Assembly (NCBI RefSeq): GCF_036321535.1
Contig: NC_087436.1
Coordinates: forward strand, 116,562,001-116,626,000
Direction of reading: 5' to 3'
Origin: Camelus dromedarius
Lineage: Eukaryota
Length of the DNA: 64,000 nt
A program made the translations under genes and the position numbers. Under the pieces are notes generated by a model. The model searched no databases. It worked only from the letters and a program-made list of their open reading frames with translations, and was not told where the DNA came from. This document shows positions 34,337-47,772 of the stretch, one piece after another (within the stretch, counting starts at the first letter, position 1; every line of letters begins with the position of its first letter).

Positions 34337-37300
34337 GTCTAGATTTTTATTTTTTTGTATCCATTTTCCTCCACCACTGCATGAACTTTGCTTGTAATGA
34401 TTTTGAGAAAACAGAAGAAAAGCTCTCCACTCCCAACAGTTCTTTTTTTCTCTTTTGCCGGATTACAGTTATCCCAGTTGTTAGAACCACATCCCCTAAA
34501 CAGTAGGCTTTCTCTGCCTTCCCCGCAGAAAGAGCCTCCTCCGTGATCTTCCTTTTCATCTGCTCTGCTGGCAAACATTTGTCATTGTGAAATAGCTGAT
34601 AAGCACTTTGCTGAGTTTCTGATTGTTACCAGATTACAGTCCTGCAGGGGATCCTCGGTGAAGCACAAGCCCAGACAGTGTGAGTAATTCGAGGGTAACT
34701 GCGGCTGCTCAGGTGTAATTAGCTGCTGCTGGGTGCTGTTTCTTTACCTGGGGAAGTCACATTCAGAGAGACGGTGATCCTGATTGTGGAATAAATTCCA
34801 CACAGAAGGCAGCCGAGCAGCATTTTGAGGAAGTCCTGGAATCAGATGGCTCTGGGCTTACTTCCATTCATGACAAATACTATCTATCACCTTGAACAGG
34901 TACAAAGCTGCTCTGGTCCAACTGTATTTTGGGCTTACAGAATGAGGGCAATAATACATTTTAGGTGATTAACCCTGGTGTACAATAATCAATCAGCAGG
35001 TGGCAGCTGTTTAAAATGTCTAACTCTGTGTCTCCTGCTTTTCTCTTTGATGCCACATCCTTATCTCTTCATCCCCTTGGCTATAAGAAATAAGATGTTT
35101 ATAACCCCACCTGCCTCTTAAAGAAAGTGTCCTTGGGAACTTGGTTCTTCATTTTGCTTGGAAAAATAACATGTTGCACAGATAAATCACCAAGTGATTT
35201 TATTTAGGTGGAAGGGAGTCACAGTTCTCATTTGCTGTTTTGTTTTGTAGTTTTGGCCTGGAGGTGGGTCGGGGGTGGGAGAGAATGCAAGGGGTGGAAG
35301 ATGAGCCAGAAAAGCTGGACCCGCATGGAGCAATGATGAGATGGGGGTCGGGAGGCCACCCTGGTACAGCCAAGCAATGATTTTGAAGACCAGAAATACC
35401 CTTGTGGATTCTGAAGCCATCGGCTGCCAAGTTCCCTGCTTTGATGCCTCTATAAATTCTTTAATAGAATTTGCTTTGCCTATTAGAGCCTTTTGCATGA
35501 ATGGATGCTTGTTAGGAAACTCAATGAGAAGCTCAAGTCTGCATCTATATGATTGTGGGACTGAAACAGAGAGAAGACAGCATACATCTGGGTTGCCCAT
35601 TCATCTGTTCATTCAACTGGACTTTTAATCAACCAGAATTTATTGAAATGACTTTCCTGAGCATCATTTTATGTGAAATATCACCATACCAAAAGAAAGA
35701 ATTATAGTGTTTGTCCTAAAGGATCTCATGGTATAAGAAAAAGGACAAGTATCATAACAAGAGACCTGGACGAGATGCTGGAGAACTTCCAATACATCTG
35801 CTTCATTTTGCTGTTAAAGAAAGAGGTCTCAAGGCTCAGAGGCTCAGAAAGGCCACGTGATTGCCACTGAGTGTCAGAGCCTCAGCTGGGAGCTGTAATT
35901 TTGTGATAGTGACCTTCCTGCCACACTGAGAAACCCAAATGTGGTGTCAGAGGAAGGAGAAATGGATCCTGTTATGATCATCTCAACCAAGTGCAATGGC
36001 AGGGTGTTACTTGAGCAGACACATCATTGATTCCCAGTATCTCTTCGTCCTCAGCATCAAAAACAACCAAAGGCACTTGTTCTAAGCTAAGCCTCCATTC
36101 TCCAGCTTCCTTTGTGCTTAACTGTGTGAGTTTTGTCTGGAGAGAGTGTTGCCCTGTGCAATTGCAGGAGGTCCCACTAAAGGGATGCACTGGAGCCCTC
36201 AGCCTCTCTCTGATTCCATCAGAACCCACTCTATAACCAACTAGATCAGCTCACAGATCTCCCTAATGGTCATGTGTTTATTTCCTTGTTTTAATTTTCT
36301 ATGTCATGTACTTTCTTTTCAGCTTTGGAATCCTGTTCATCCTTGGCATCATAGCACAAGCCTACCTCCTTCAAAAATCTTCCACTGGCATTACCAACCT
36401 TCAGTAAGAGGTTTTTTCCTATAAACACATTCCTATAAATACACCTGCTCCTTGTAGCCCCTGTCGAGGTAAAGGCCTGGAGCCCATTCACTTGGATGTT
36501 TTAGAGCCCACAGCTGCCCCTGGGCCCCTGCATGGAGCTCCAGACCTCTGCAGAGCTCAGTCTGTGTGTGTGTGAGTGTGCATATATTGGTGAGATGGAG
36601 GAATGTGGGCAGGGAAAATATACATTAGTGGGGATAATAGAAAGTGACCAGGGAAATGCTGTGAAGCACCCCAAATCACCCATTTATAGGAAAACATGTG
36701 CCTGGTGTTGGAGGGTGCAAAAGCATATAAGTATATGTGCTGTGAAGCACTAGCTACTTTGTGAAGACAAAAGAAGAAAGAAGATAGGAATATGGGCCCA
36801 CCTATTTTGTATAAAAAGCCTAAACTAAATTTCTGTGGGGAACTAGAATTATTGACTACACAGGTGTAAGATGAACATGTGTCCAAAACTTTATTTAATT
36901 CATTAGTTGATGAAGGAACTGGAAAAAATGTGACAACCTGTTTAGATGATGAGAAGTCCAAGAACCACACATTTACAAGTTGTAACAACGTTGACATGAG
37001 CTTGCAAAAACTGGTCTCTCCGCAGGGCAGAATCAACTGCGTTGCACTGGGTACAATTAATTTGCTTTTATCTAGGCAAAATTATTTGCCTGGCTGTCAG
37101 TTTTCTGCAAGTTACTTTCTGTCTGTAAAGTTGTGAAGCAGCATAATCAAAGTCGAAAGCTCACAACCTGATGGAATCAGATCATCCCCAGAGGCCCCAA
37201 AATGTCATGGAAAGGATATACCTGAATCTCTTTAGTTCATTCCAACATCTTAAATTTCTCACTTCACCACTTATCTGCCCAACAGACCTCAACCTCCTCT

Positions 37301-37664
37301 CAATCATCTCTAGCCATGGTTTGTCCGTAACATCTCCTCAGACCAGTGGCTCTTGTCTCCCAGGCCTTACACATGCTCTTCCCCCTGCCTTTGAGTCTCT
37401 ATCCTCTCTCCTGGCCCATCTGCACCTTCCTAACTCTCCTACTCACCTCTTCCCCTTCCCAGCCTCATTTCCACTGTCTCTTTATCAGGTAAGCCTCCTT
37501 CCCCTCCTGATTTAGAGAGACTTTCCCCACATTCCTAACTCTACCTGGTGCTGGATGCATGCTCGTTTTATGCCTGTAAGCTCAACAGAGACAGGAGCAG
37601 GGTCTCTATTTATTGCCCGGCTGAGTGAAAAAAAAAAAAAAAAAAGATTGGATTTACTTATTTG

Positions 37665-37880
37665 TCTTTATTAAAGTATAGTTGATTTACAATGTTGTGT
37701 TAGTTTCTGGTGTACAGTATAGTGGTTCAGATATATATATTTATATTCCTTTTCATTATAGGTTATTACAACCTATTGGATATAGTTCCCTGTGCTATAT
37801 AGTAGGACCTTGTTGTTTATTTACTTTGTATGTAGTAGTTTGTATCTGCTAAACCCAAACTCCCAATTTATCCCTTCCCG
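37665..37880 (-). mobile_element. Short young L1 3' end
   Basis: ttaaagtatagttgatttacaatgttgtgttagtttctggtgtacag...aaactcccaatttatcccttccc. Confidence 0.9.
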
Positions 37881-39189
37881 TGAATGAATGAATTTAATTC
37901 GGCTTCCACAATCTTATGTAAAACAAGGGAAAGGGTCCCTGCCCTGCCCGCTCCAAAGATTGGATGAGTGTCAAAAGAAATTTATTGACAGTGACAAATG
38001 AGCTTGACAAATAAAAGAGTTTTATTTTGCTTTTTTATTTAAAGAAAGTTCTTTGGCAATTTCCACCTTTCACAGCCTCCTCTGCTCGTAAAATAAGGTC
38101 TCAAACAGTCAATGATAAGAATCATTGTAGAACAAATATTTAGAAGGTGATCTGAAATAAAATTAGTCCACAGGAAAAAGCAGACATTTTCGGCAGCATT
38201 CGAAAAGCAAAAGTTAAAATAACAAATACAAACATGAGGTTGGCATATATTTGTGAGCAAGTCTGTCAGTTAATTCAGTAAATATTTGTTTCCTTCTGAC
38301 ACATGCACTGTGTTCTTTTGGAGTACTTAGGGAGGAGCTCAGTAATGAGCTGTTTACTTTATTATAATCTGAAAACAAACCAAGGTACATGCAAAATGCA
38401 GCCACATAATTAAGGAAGAGTAAGTTACAGCCCATCACCAGAGCCTCCCATCTACCTGAACTCCAGTCCAGCATCAGGCCTTGCCCAAGACCCTTGAAAG
38501 TTATCAATTTACTGCACAGAAGACAGATTTACTGACTCGTTAAAGTGCATTAATTATTCCACAATTTTGAAAGTGAGAACATATGGGAGCTGTTTTCCTT
38601 GTGTTTCTGCTTCAAAAACAAAGTACATGAAACTGAAAAGGATTTTCTATCATCTCTGTTGTTTGCAAATGCTATTCAAAGTTCACCAAATTCACCAAAA
38701 TTAAAAATACTTAATTTCCCCCTGGTCAAAGGCTGTCTGATATTCAGTTCCTCTTCTCATGCCTTTTTATGTCTAGTGTTCTTCCCCTGAGCTGTGACTA
38801 CTTCTACCAAGACGCACAAGGCTAAATTAAAAGTGAACTATTCTGACCGTTTAATTAGTTGTTGGGTCAGCACAATGTGAGCAGCTGGCAAGATGCTTTA
38901 ATTTGTCTTCCCAAATCCAGCAGATGCATTGATGCTGTAAGGACAGGCCTCTGAGGACACAGAGCCAGTCTTCAGTGGACACAGAGGGAGAGTCCCAGGC
39001 AGGGAGGGGGGGCCTTGAGGGATGAGGAGGGACTGTCTCAGGCTGGAGGACCCGTTCATTTCTGCAGCAGAAACCAATCTCTGGTTTGGGGATGAAAAAA
39101 GCTTAAGAGCTGGGGCCCAAAGGCAGCTATTGAATGAGCCTGTCCTCTGTAGATGCACCCAAATCCAAAATAACACTGAGTTACTTGAA

Positions 39190-39892
39190 AACTGAACCGT
39201 CCATATGATTCAGCCATCTCATGCCTGATTATATATCTGGGGAAAAATTAAACTCTAATTTGAAATGATGAATGGACCCCAGTGTTCATAGCAGCACTAT
39301 TTGCAATGGCCAAGACATGGAAACAACCCAAGTGTCCATCCACAGACAACTGGCTTAAAAAGATATGATATATATGTGATATATATATATATATATATGT
39401 GATATATATATATATGTATATTTCATTGTATGTATATAGATATACACACATATACATACAATGAAATATTAGCCATAAGAAACAATGAAATACTGCCATT
39501 TGCAGCTACATGGATGAACCTAGAAATTATCATACTTAGTGAAGTCAGTCAGACAGAGAAGGGCAAATACTATATGATATCATTTATATGTGTAATCTAA
39601 AAAAAATACAAAGGAATCTATATACAGATTTGCAGACACAGAAACCAAACTTACTGTTAACAAAAGGAAGAAGGAAGGAGGGACAAATTAAGAGTATGGG
39701 ATTAACGGATACAAATTACTGTGCATAAAATAAACAACAAGGATTTATTGTACAGCACAGGGAATTATATTCCATATCTTGTAATAACCAGTAATGGAAT
39801 ATAATCTAAAAAATAACTGAAACATTTGCTGTGCACCTGAAACTAACCTAATATTGTAAATCAATTATATATACTTCAATTTAAAAAAAAAG
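39190..39892 (+). mobile_element. 5'-truncated L1 3' end with an internal (TA)n-rich tract
   Basis: ccccagtgttcatagcagcactatttgcaatggccaagacatgg...tatacttcaatttaaaaaaaa. Confidence 0.9.
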
Positions 39893-40354
39893 CAAAGAAA
39901 ACCAGGTTTCGGGAGCATGGAGATGAGATTATTCAGTAATAGTTTAGTAACAGCTAGGTGTCTACCCATTGGTTACCTAATGGTTTTAACCATTACATAC
40001 TTAAGGGGATTTTTATTCTTTTGCCTTTCTGTATACATGAACTTTGTCCTTACCAGCTTGCACGTGCCTGGAGGCAAAAATGAGAACTGTCCCAGACAGA
40101 ATGCAGAGAAGGATCAAAGTAACAGGTGGCTTTTGACCTGCAGAAATAGGACGAGGCACGAAGGCAAAGGGCCTGCAAGCCAGGCCATGGTCTTGAGAGA
40201 AAGTTTTCCAAATTCTTACTTCTCCTCCTTTGGCCCATGAACTAGCATGTCTAAAGGATTCACTGTGTTCTCCAACAACAGAAGGGAGATCCTCTCTCCT
40301 ACAGAAGCAGGGGCCGGAAGCCAGCCATTTCATGAAAGGATATGATGGGAGGAC

Positions 40355-40857
40355 TGTTCACAGCTGAATTGTGCCTCCCACCAAAAGATACGCTGAAGTC
40401 CTCACCTCCAAGAATGGTCAGCAAACATGACTTTGTGTTGAAATGGTCTCTGCAGATTGAATTAAGTTAAGATGAGGTTATTAGGATGAGCCCTAATCCA
40501 GCATGACTGGGGCCCTTCTGAGAAGGCAGCCATGTGAAAACACAGACACAGAAGAAAGCCGTGTGAAGACACCCAGACTCAAGACAGACACACAGACAGG
40601 GGGACACTGCGTGGCAACAAAGGCAGAGACTGGAGCGATTCATCTGCAGCCAAGGAACGCCAAGGGCCGCTGACCAACACCAGAAGCTGAAAGAGGCAAG
40701 GAAGCACTCTCCCGGCAGGTTTCAGTGGGAGCAGAGCCCCTACTGACACCTTGATTTTGGACTTTGGGTGTCCAGGACTATGAGACGATGCAGTCATGTT
40801 GTTTTAATTAACCCATTTTATGGCACCGTTTCAGGGAAGTCCTAGGAAGCTAACACA
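40355..40857 (+). mobile_element. MLT1B/C-type MaLR LTR
   Basis: ctgaattgtgcctcccaccaaaagatacgctgaagtcc...cctaggaagctaacaca. Confidence 0.85.
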
Positions 40858-41479
40858 AGTACAATAGGGAAGGCAAAAGGGAAAACCGGAGGAGAACAAG
40901 ACCTGGCCATTATCGCCCACTCTGGGCTTCTGACTGAAGGACGTGGGACCATCAGTAAGCCCATGTGACAATAAAGACTAGGGTAAATGTGGGGGGGTCT
41001 TCTCAGACGACTTTGGGGGAGGCTACCTCAAGAAAAACCTGCTGGTACAACGTGTCTGGTAGGGGAAACCAAGAGGCTTATCATTCCCAAAGCTTCCCTT
41101 GGTGACTTTGTGTCGTTTCCAAGGACGAAGAAATGCTGGAACCAACAGAACTTTATGTTAGAATTTCACATTTGTCTTGAAGTTCCAATTACTGCTCTTA
41201 TCTCCTTTTCTCGATCTTATAGATTTGTTTTGAATGAGGTGGGAATTCAACTCCTAGTTTTCCAGTGAGGAAACCATTGTACAAGTTAGTGAAACAAAGA
41301 TTACTTTTCCTGACATCCCAATTTCTGTTAATGGCATGACCATTCATTGAGCCACCCGGCCTTGATACCACACATGCAGCTTAAGTGCTTGCCTCTCTCA
41401 ATTGCAATGCCGTCACGATCATTCCTCACTGTGTTAAACACCCTATCAGGCCTCCTAAGGCCAACCTCCTGCCTGCTCC

Positions 41480-41945
41480 ATTCATTCAAGAAACAAATAA
41501 AAACAATGCTTAGTAAGCAAGAGGTATTTGAGATTTTATAATGTGTGCAGTGACAGTGACATCTGCCTTCACAGAGCTTTACCATCTATTAACAAGTGTA
41601 GATAGAAAGTAAGTGCCCAGGTAAACTTCTAACTGAAATTGTCATAAACGCTGTGAAAAGAAAGTGCAGGGTTCTGTGAGAGACTGTTAATAAGGGAACT
41701 GATTTTGTCTGGGGAATAATAAAATCCTCTGGGGAATAATAAAGAAAGACTTCCCTGAGGACGTGACATTCGCTGCAAGATGCTATGAGTGAGCAGGAGC
41801 TACCTGGGTGGAGGTGAGTGGTGGTGAACTAAGAGTTCATGGCAAAAACCTTACATAAAGCCTGAAGGAAGAATGAGCATGGAAGGAACCTGAGAAAGGA
41901 AGCAGGATGGCAGTGGAGAGCCTGTGGGGAAGGCTGCAAGAGCAA
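41480..41945 (-). mobile_element. L2 fragment
   Basis: ctgccttcacagagctttaccatct...gaaagacttccctgaggacgtgacatt. Confidence 0.7.
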
Positions 41946-42382
41946 CAGAAAACTATTATAGAACTTCCGCTGGGCGGTTACGTCCGGTGGGGCCACAGCC
42001 TTCAATCACCAGGCTTCGCTGTGACGAGATGGGAAGGGTCTGCACTGGTCCCCGCTACAAGGGGAAGATCCGATCTCTATTCAGTGGTCTCAGCTTGGCT
42101 GTGTGTGGGGCCCACCTGAGGACCTGGCCAATATTCTGGAGTTGACTCCTGCCCCCAGAGTCACATGCAATTCATTTGGGCACACTCTGGACATTTCCAT
42201 TTGTAACACTTCTTCAAGTGGTCCTAACACGTATCAAGACGGAGAACCACTGTGATACCTGGGTGGCCAGCTCCATAAAGGCAAGCCATGAAGGCTTTCA
42301 TTTTTCCTGTCTCTTTTAATATCCTTTACCCCGATCCCATATATAGAGCAGTGTCTGATGTAATGCTTAATAAGGACAGAGG

Positions 42383-42452
42383 AGGGAAGGAAGGAAGGAA
42401 GGAAGGAAGGAAGGAAGGAAGGAAGGAAGGAAGGAGGTAGGGAGGGAGGGAG
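42383..42452. repeat. (GGAA)n/(GGGA)n microsatellite
   Basis: Directly visible. Confidence 0.95.
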
Positions 42453-43723
42453 ATGAATGAACATCTTTATAAAGCCTACCACATTGCTGTTATAGTTCTC
42501 TCTCTCCCTCTCTTTCTCTCTCTCTCATTTAACCTACCATCCCCTAGGTTTTGGATGTGTTCATGGCTACCCAGCTGAACATTACCTCTCACTGCTTTCT
42601 TGGCAGGTTGTGGCGAAAATGTTGACCAATAGAATGTAATAGGAAGTTACATGTGCAAGTCTCAAGTTAAGTCCTCAGAGACAACATGGTTGCATTTCAC
42701 CTTCCCTTTTCCCCTCCTAGGGCTGGAACACAGACAAAGAGTTTGTGAGCCAGTTTCAACACTGCAGGTGAAAGGAACACACCTTGGGGGGTGAAGCAAC
42801 AAGATAATGCTACCAAGTGTTTGGCCATACAGAAAAACATTCACATAACAACTAGCTTTCCACTAGACAGAGAAAATAAATGTTACCGTGACTATCATTC
42901 AGGAAATAAATATATGAATGTATATCTTATTTTAATAACCAGCTACAAAAAGTAATGTTAGGAAAATAGCAGTGTCAGATATTAATTTAATAGGCATTTC
43001 TCTCTAATAGTTTGACATCAATTCTTTGGGAAGCTTATGTATTTGAGGCCAAGTTAACATACAGAATATTATGTTGTTATTATGGGAATCTCATATTCCT
43101 TCATGATTGTATATCAAATTGTATTTGATGTCAGTTGAGCAAAAGATGCAAATGGAGTTGCACACTCCACGGATGTTCACTCTACACCTTAAAAGGAGTA
43201 AGCTATGGCAAAGCATTTGTTACAACTGTGAGATCCTTGTTTTTCATATGCATTTATACCAGCAACCTAATGCTTTATTTCTCCAAATGTCCATGAACTG
43301 CAGGTGACAGATGGATACTGAAAATGCTTTAGCTACTCTAAACAGGAGTTCTGGAGTTATTCTCAGGACACACTTTTTTGTCTTTAAATCAAAAGTATTT
43401 AAACTCTTTAAGAACAAAAAAATAATAGAAAAAAATCAGGGTGTGTGAGAAAGAGTGGGTGAACGTTCACACCAGCTGGCTCACTCAAGTCTTCAGTTGT
43501 TAAATAAGCTTATGGGAATCCTTTTCATCTCTAAAATGAAAACTGTTCCTGCTGGGTAGAATTAAATGTGTTAATGCACCAAAGCCCGTCGGACCCTTCA
43601 TGTGTCTGTACCTGCAAACTTCTGATACCTCTGGGTCAACACAGTGGGGGAAAATGCCACACAGCTTCAGTTTCACGAAAGTTGTTTTCAATAGCTCACT
43701 TTACATTTCCCCTGGAACACAAA

Positions 43724-44200
43724 TGTGGTTGACAGAATAATGCCATCTTCCTTCAAAGACGTCCATCTTCAAGTCCCCAGAACCTGTGAATATGTTACAT
43801 TACATGGCGGAAAGGGACCTTACAGGTGTGGTTAGACTAAGGAGCTTTGGTTGAAGAGAGTACACTGGGTTATCCAGGACAAGGACCAGTATAATCACAG
43901 GCGTTCTTATAAGAGGAAGGCAGGAGGGTCAGAGTCAGAGAAGGAGATATGACAGTGGAAGCAGACGCTGGAGTGATGCAGGGCTACAAGCCAAGGGATG
44001 CTGGAATCTCTAAAAACTGCAAAAAGCAAGTAAGCAGATTCTCCCCTAGAACCTTCAGCAGGAAGGCAGCCCTACTGACACCTGGATTTTAGGCCAGTAA
44101 AACCCATTTCCGACTTCCTAACTCTAGAATCCTAAAACAATAAATCTGTGTTGTTTGAAACCATTATAAGTTGATTTGTTAAATTACCAATAGGAAATTA
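43724..44200 (+). mobile_element. MLT1D-type MaLR LTR
   Basis: tgtggttgacagaataatgcc...cccagaacctgtgaatatgttacattacatggc...aataaatctgtgttgtttgaaacca. Confidence 0.88.
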
Positions 44201-44229
44201 TCTTTTTAATGGAAAACCGTTAACCAAGA

Positions 44230-45315
44230 CCTCTAGAGTATACATATCATATGCAAAAATGAACTCACAGTGGATAATAGAGCAAAGTTAGAACTATAAA
44301 ATCCCTTCAAAAGTGCAGAACATCTTTGAAGTAGACAAATATTTCATAGACAGGACATGAAAAAGTGAATTGACTGCATCAAAAATGAAAACTTCTGCTC
44401 ACAAAAAGACATCTCTAGGAAAATTCAGAGAAGGACCCATAAGGACAGAAAATATAGCTGATACATGTAATTGACAAGGGACTTGCATTTATAATACATG
44501 AAGAACTCATACAGCTCAATAAAAAGATGAACAACCCAAAGCTTAAAATATGCACAAAAGAACTGAAAAAACACTTTGCAAAAGAAAATATACAAATGGC
44601 CAACAAGCACATGAAAATATGTTCAACATCATTAGCCCTAAGAGGAATATAAATAAAACAAAGACTCTCAAATGCAAATCAAAGCTACAATGAGGTATAA
44701 CTCACACCAGTCAGAATGGTCATTATTAAAAAGTCCACAAATGATTAATGCTGGAGAGGTGTGAAGAAACAGGAACTCCAACACTGTTGGTGGGAATGTA
44801 GTTTGATGCGGCCACTATGGAAAATGTATGGAGATGCCTTAAAAAACTAAAAATAGACTTACCATGTGATCCAATACCACTCTGGAGAGAACTCTAATTC
44901 AAAAAGATACATGCACCCCTATGTTCATAGCAGCACAATATTTACGGTAGCCAAGACATGGAAACAACCTAAATGTCCATTGACAGATAACTGGATAAAG
45001 AAGTTGTGGTATATTTATAAAATGGAATTCTACTCAGCCATTTGCAGCAACATGGATGGACTTGAAGATAGTCATTCTAAGAGAAGTAAGCCAGAAAGAA
45101 AAATACCATATGATATCACTTATATGTGGAATCTAAAAAAAAGACACAAACAAACTTATTTACAAAACAGAAACAGACTCACAGACATAGAAAACAAATG
45201 TATGGTTACCAGGGAAAAGGAGTGGGTGGTGGGATAAATTGGAAGTTCGAGATTTGCAGATACTAACTAATATATATAAGGTAGATAAACAACAAGTTCA
45301 TACTGTATAGCACAG
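44230..45315 (+). mobile_element. L1 fragments (older ORF2 piece about 44230-44660; younger ORF2 end/3'UTR about 44665-45315)
   Basis: Track ORF 44866-45237 contains the L1 ORF2 C-terminal motif FTVAKTWKQPKCP. Confidence 0.88.
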
Positions 45316-45329
45316 TGGTCTTTTCAATG

Positions 45330-45990
45330 TGGTCTTTTTGGTAATAGACATTCTAACAGGTATAAGGTAGATAGATAATTGTAGTTTTGATTTGTATTTC
45401 CCTGATGGTTAGTGTTGTTGAGCATCTTTTCACGTGTCTGTTGACCATCTGTATGTCTTCTTTGGAAAAATGTCTATTCAGGTCCTCTGCCCAGTTTTTA
45501 ATTGAGTTGTTTGTTTTTTTGAAGTTGGGTTATATGCACTCTTTGTATATTTTGGATATTCACCTTTATCAGATATATTATTCCCAAGTATCTTCTTCCA
45601 CTTAGTAGGTTGCTTTTTCATTTTGTTTATAGTTTCCTTCACTGTGCAAAAGCTTTTTAGTTTACTGTTGTCCCATTTGTTTATTTTTGCTTTTGTTGCC
45701 CTTGCCTGAGGAGATATATCTAAAAAAATATTGCTAAGACCAATGTCAAAGAATATACTTCCTATGTTTCCTTCTAGGAGTTTTATGGTTTCAGGTCTCT
45801 TACATTTAAGTCTTTAATCTATTTTGAGTTTATTTTTGTATATGGTGTCAGAGAGTAGTCCAGCTTGATTCTTTTGCAAGTAGCTGTCCAGTTTACATGA
45901 CACCATCTATTGAAGAAGTTGTCTTTTCTCTATTGCACGTCCTTGTCTCCTTTGTTGTAGATTAACTAACCATATAGGAGTGGGTTTTAT
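45330..45990 (-). mobile_element. L1 ORF2 fragment, inverted relative to its neighbour
   Basis: ttgatttgtatttccctgatggttagtg...tgtgcaaaagctttttagttt, antisense L1 ORF2 text. Confidence 0.88.
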
Positions 45991-47429
45991 TCAGAATTTT
46001 AATTATGTAAAGTTGATTTAAGTTTTTTTAAGTGACAAAAATTTAAAGCATGAAAGAGGGTGGTGATAAAGTTAAAAGCTTTCTGCCCATGCCTGAGGCA
46101 AGAAATTAAGATGTCAGAAAGCCAGAGAACCCTTCAGGACAACAATTGAAGTTCTTCTCAAAAGGCACTGGAATAGGCATGAAGGAGCTCCCATTGGCCA
46201 AAGAAAGGGTAATATGAACATCAAAAATAATAATAAATACAATTGATTGAAACTTATTTAATATTTTAAAACTATTCATAGCAAAGAAATTCATAACAAA
46301 AGAGAAGGAAGAAAGAGAGGAAATTGAGAGACAGACAGAGAGGGAGAACCTCACTAGACATCGCTGAAGTAACCCACCAACTTCTGTCCTTGAAAACTGG
46401 TTTAAAAAAGCAAGGAACAGAATTTAGCATCCATCTTGCATTTCCTGTATAAATTGTATGTCACCGACCAAATGGCCCTAGGTGATAAGGACAATTTATT
46501 ATTTGCAGAAGAATTCTAGATAATAAATATGGAAGGAATCAGAACTTTAAAATCCCTGTTTTAAACCCCAGTTGAAGTCACTGGCTTAAGCAGTGACAAT
46601 CGATGCCTGAACAATTAGTGAAGTATTATTATGGATTATAATTTAATTTATTTGTAAAGACAGTTATAATGGTAAACTGAGCTGTTCTACCAGAACCCAC
46701 TGATCCGTGTTTGTATCAGTTATAATCAGATAGCAAGACATTGTGCATTTCCTGGGGGGATTCATTACAAAGCACACAGTGAAACCTTCTTGCTCCAAAC
46801 TTTGAACTTGGGTCTAATCAAGCCCATACCATGAACTTCCATGGTAAACCATGAATGCATCAAATAGAAAAGCAGAAGAGAGACAGAGAGAGTGAAAAGA
46901 GGCCCAAAGGTTACTTTAATGAAGGTTCTGCTTCATAGACTTGGGGGTGGGATGTCAGTGTTCCCTACTCACACAGAGTTGGAGATGCTCACCATCAGCT
47001 CCAGGGAGGAGCTTCCTTGTCACGTAGCTCAGTGTTCTCAGCAGAGCTCTGTTAATATGTTCAGTAGGACAAGCCTCTATGCTGGGCTTCCTTGTGTGTT
47101 GCAAGAGGTTTACTTCCCCTGGATCTCACCCACCGTCAGATGCATCTTCTAATCATTGTGACAACCAGAAACACCCTCTCACGTTTCCATGTGCCCCCAA
47201 AGGGGGTGACACTAGCACTGACTGAGAACCAATGAAGCTTGATCCCATTATTTCTTCAGATGATGAGAGTGAGAGCTAGAGAGAGAGAGGGATTCCCAGA
47301 AGTTCTTATCGCCCCTTCGTGTCAGAGCTGTACCACATGTAGGATTCTTAGAAAGCTGTTCTTTGCAAACATAAATTACACATGGTATTCTCTTAGAGAG
47401 TTATTTACTGTTTAGTCACTGTGCAAAGA

Positions 47430-47772
47430 TTCTGGGTCCCCGTGTCTCACCCCCTCACTTTCTTCCAGTGTTTGCTCAGATGTCCCCTTCTCAGAGAAAT
47501 CTTTATGACCCTTCTGTTTAAAGTTACAAACACCCTCTTTTATTACCAGTACTCAGTACTCATCTTCCTTCTCTGACTTATTTTTACATAGTGCTTATTA
47601 CCTTTTAACGCACTACAGAATTTATTGATGGGGGGGTGCTATTTAACCTACAATAGCCAACGGACTCGAGAATAAAGAACTTCAGTCTGTCGTGTTCACT
47701 AACGTGTCCTGGTTCCTGGGTCATTGCCTGACACCAGGTGGGCACTCGATACTTGTTGAATAAATAAATGAC
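47430..47772 (+). mobile_element. L2 3' end
   Basis: gcctgacaccaggtgggcactcgatacttgttgaataaataaatga. Confidence 0.8.

Noticed and set aside
36557..37036. 159-aa minus-strand ORF, the longest in the track
   Set aside because: No ATG start or domain; ends in a (CA)-type repeat; opposite strand to a possible CR1 relic.
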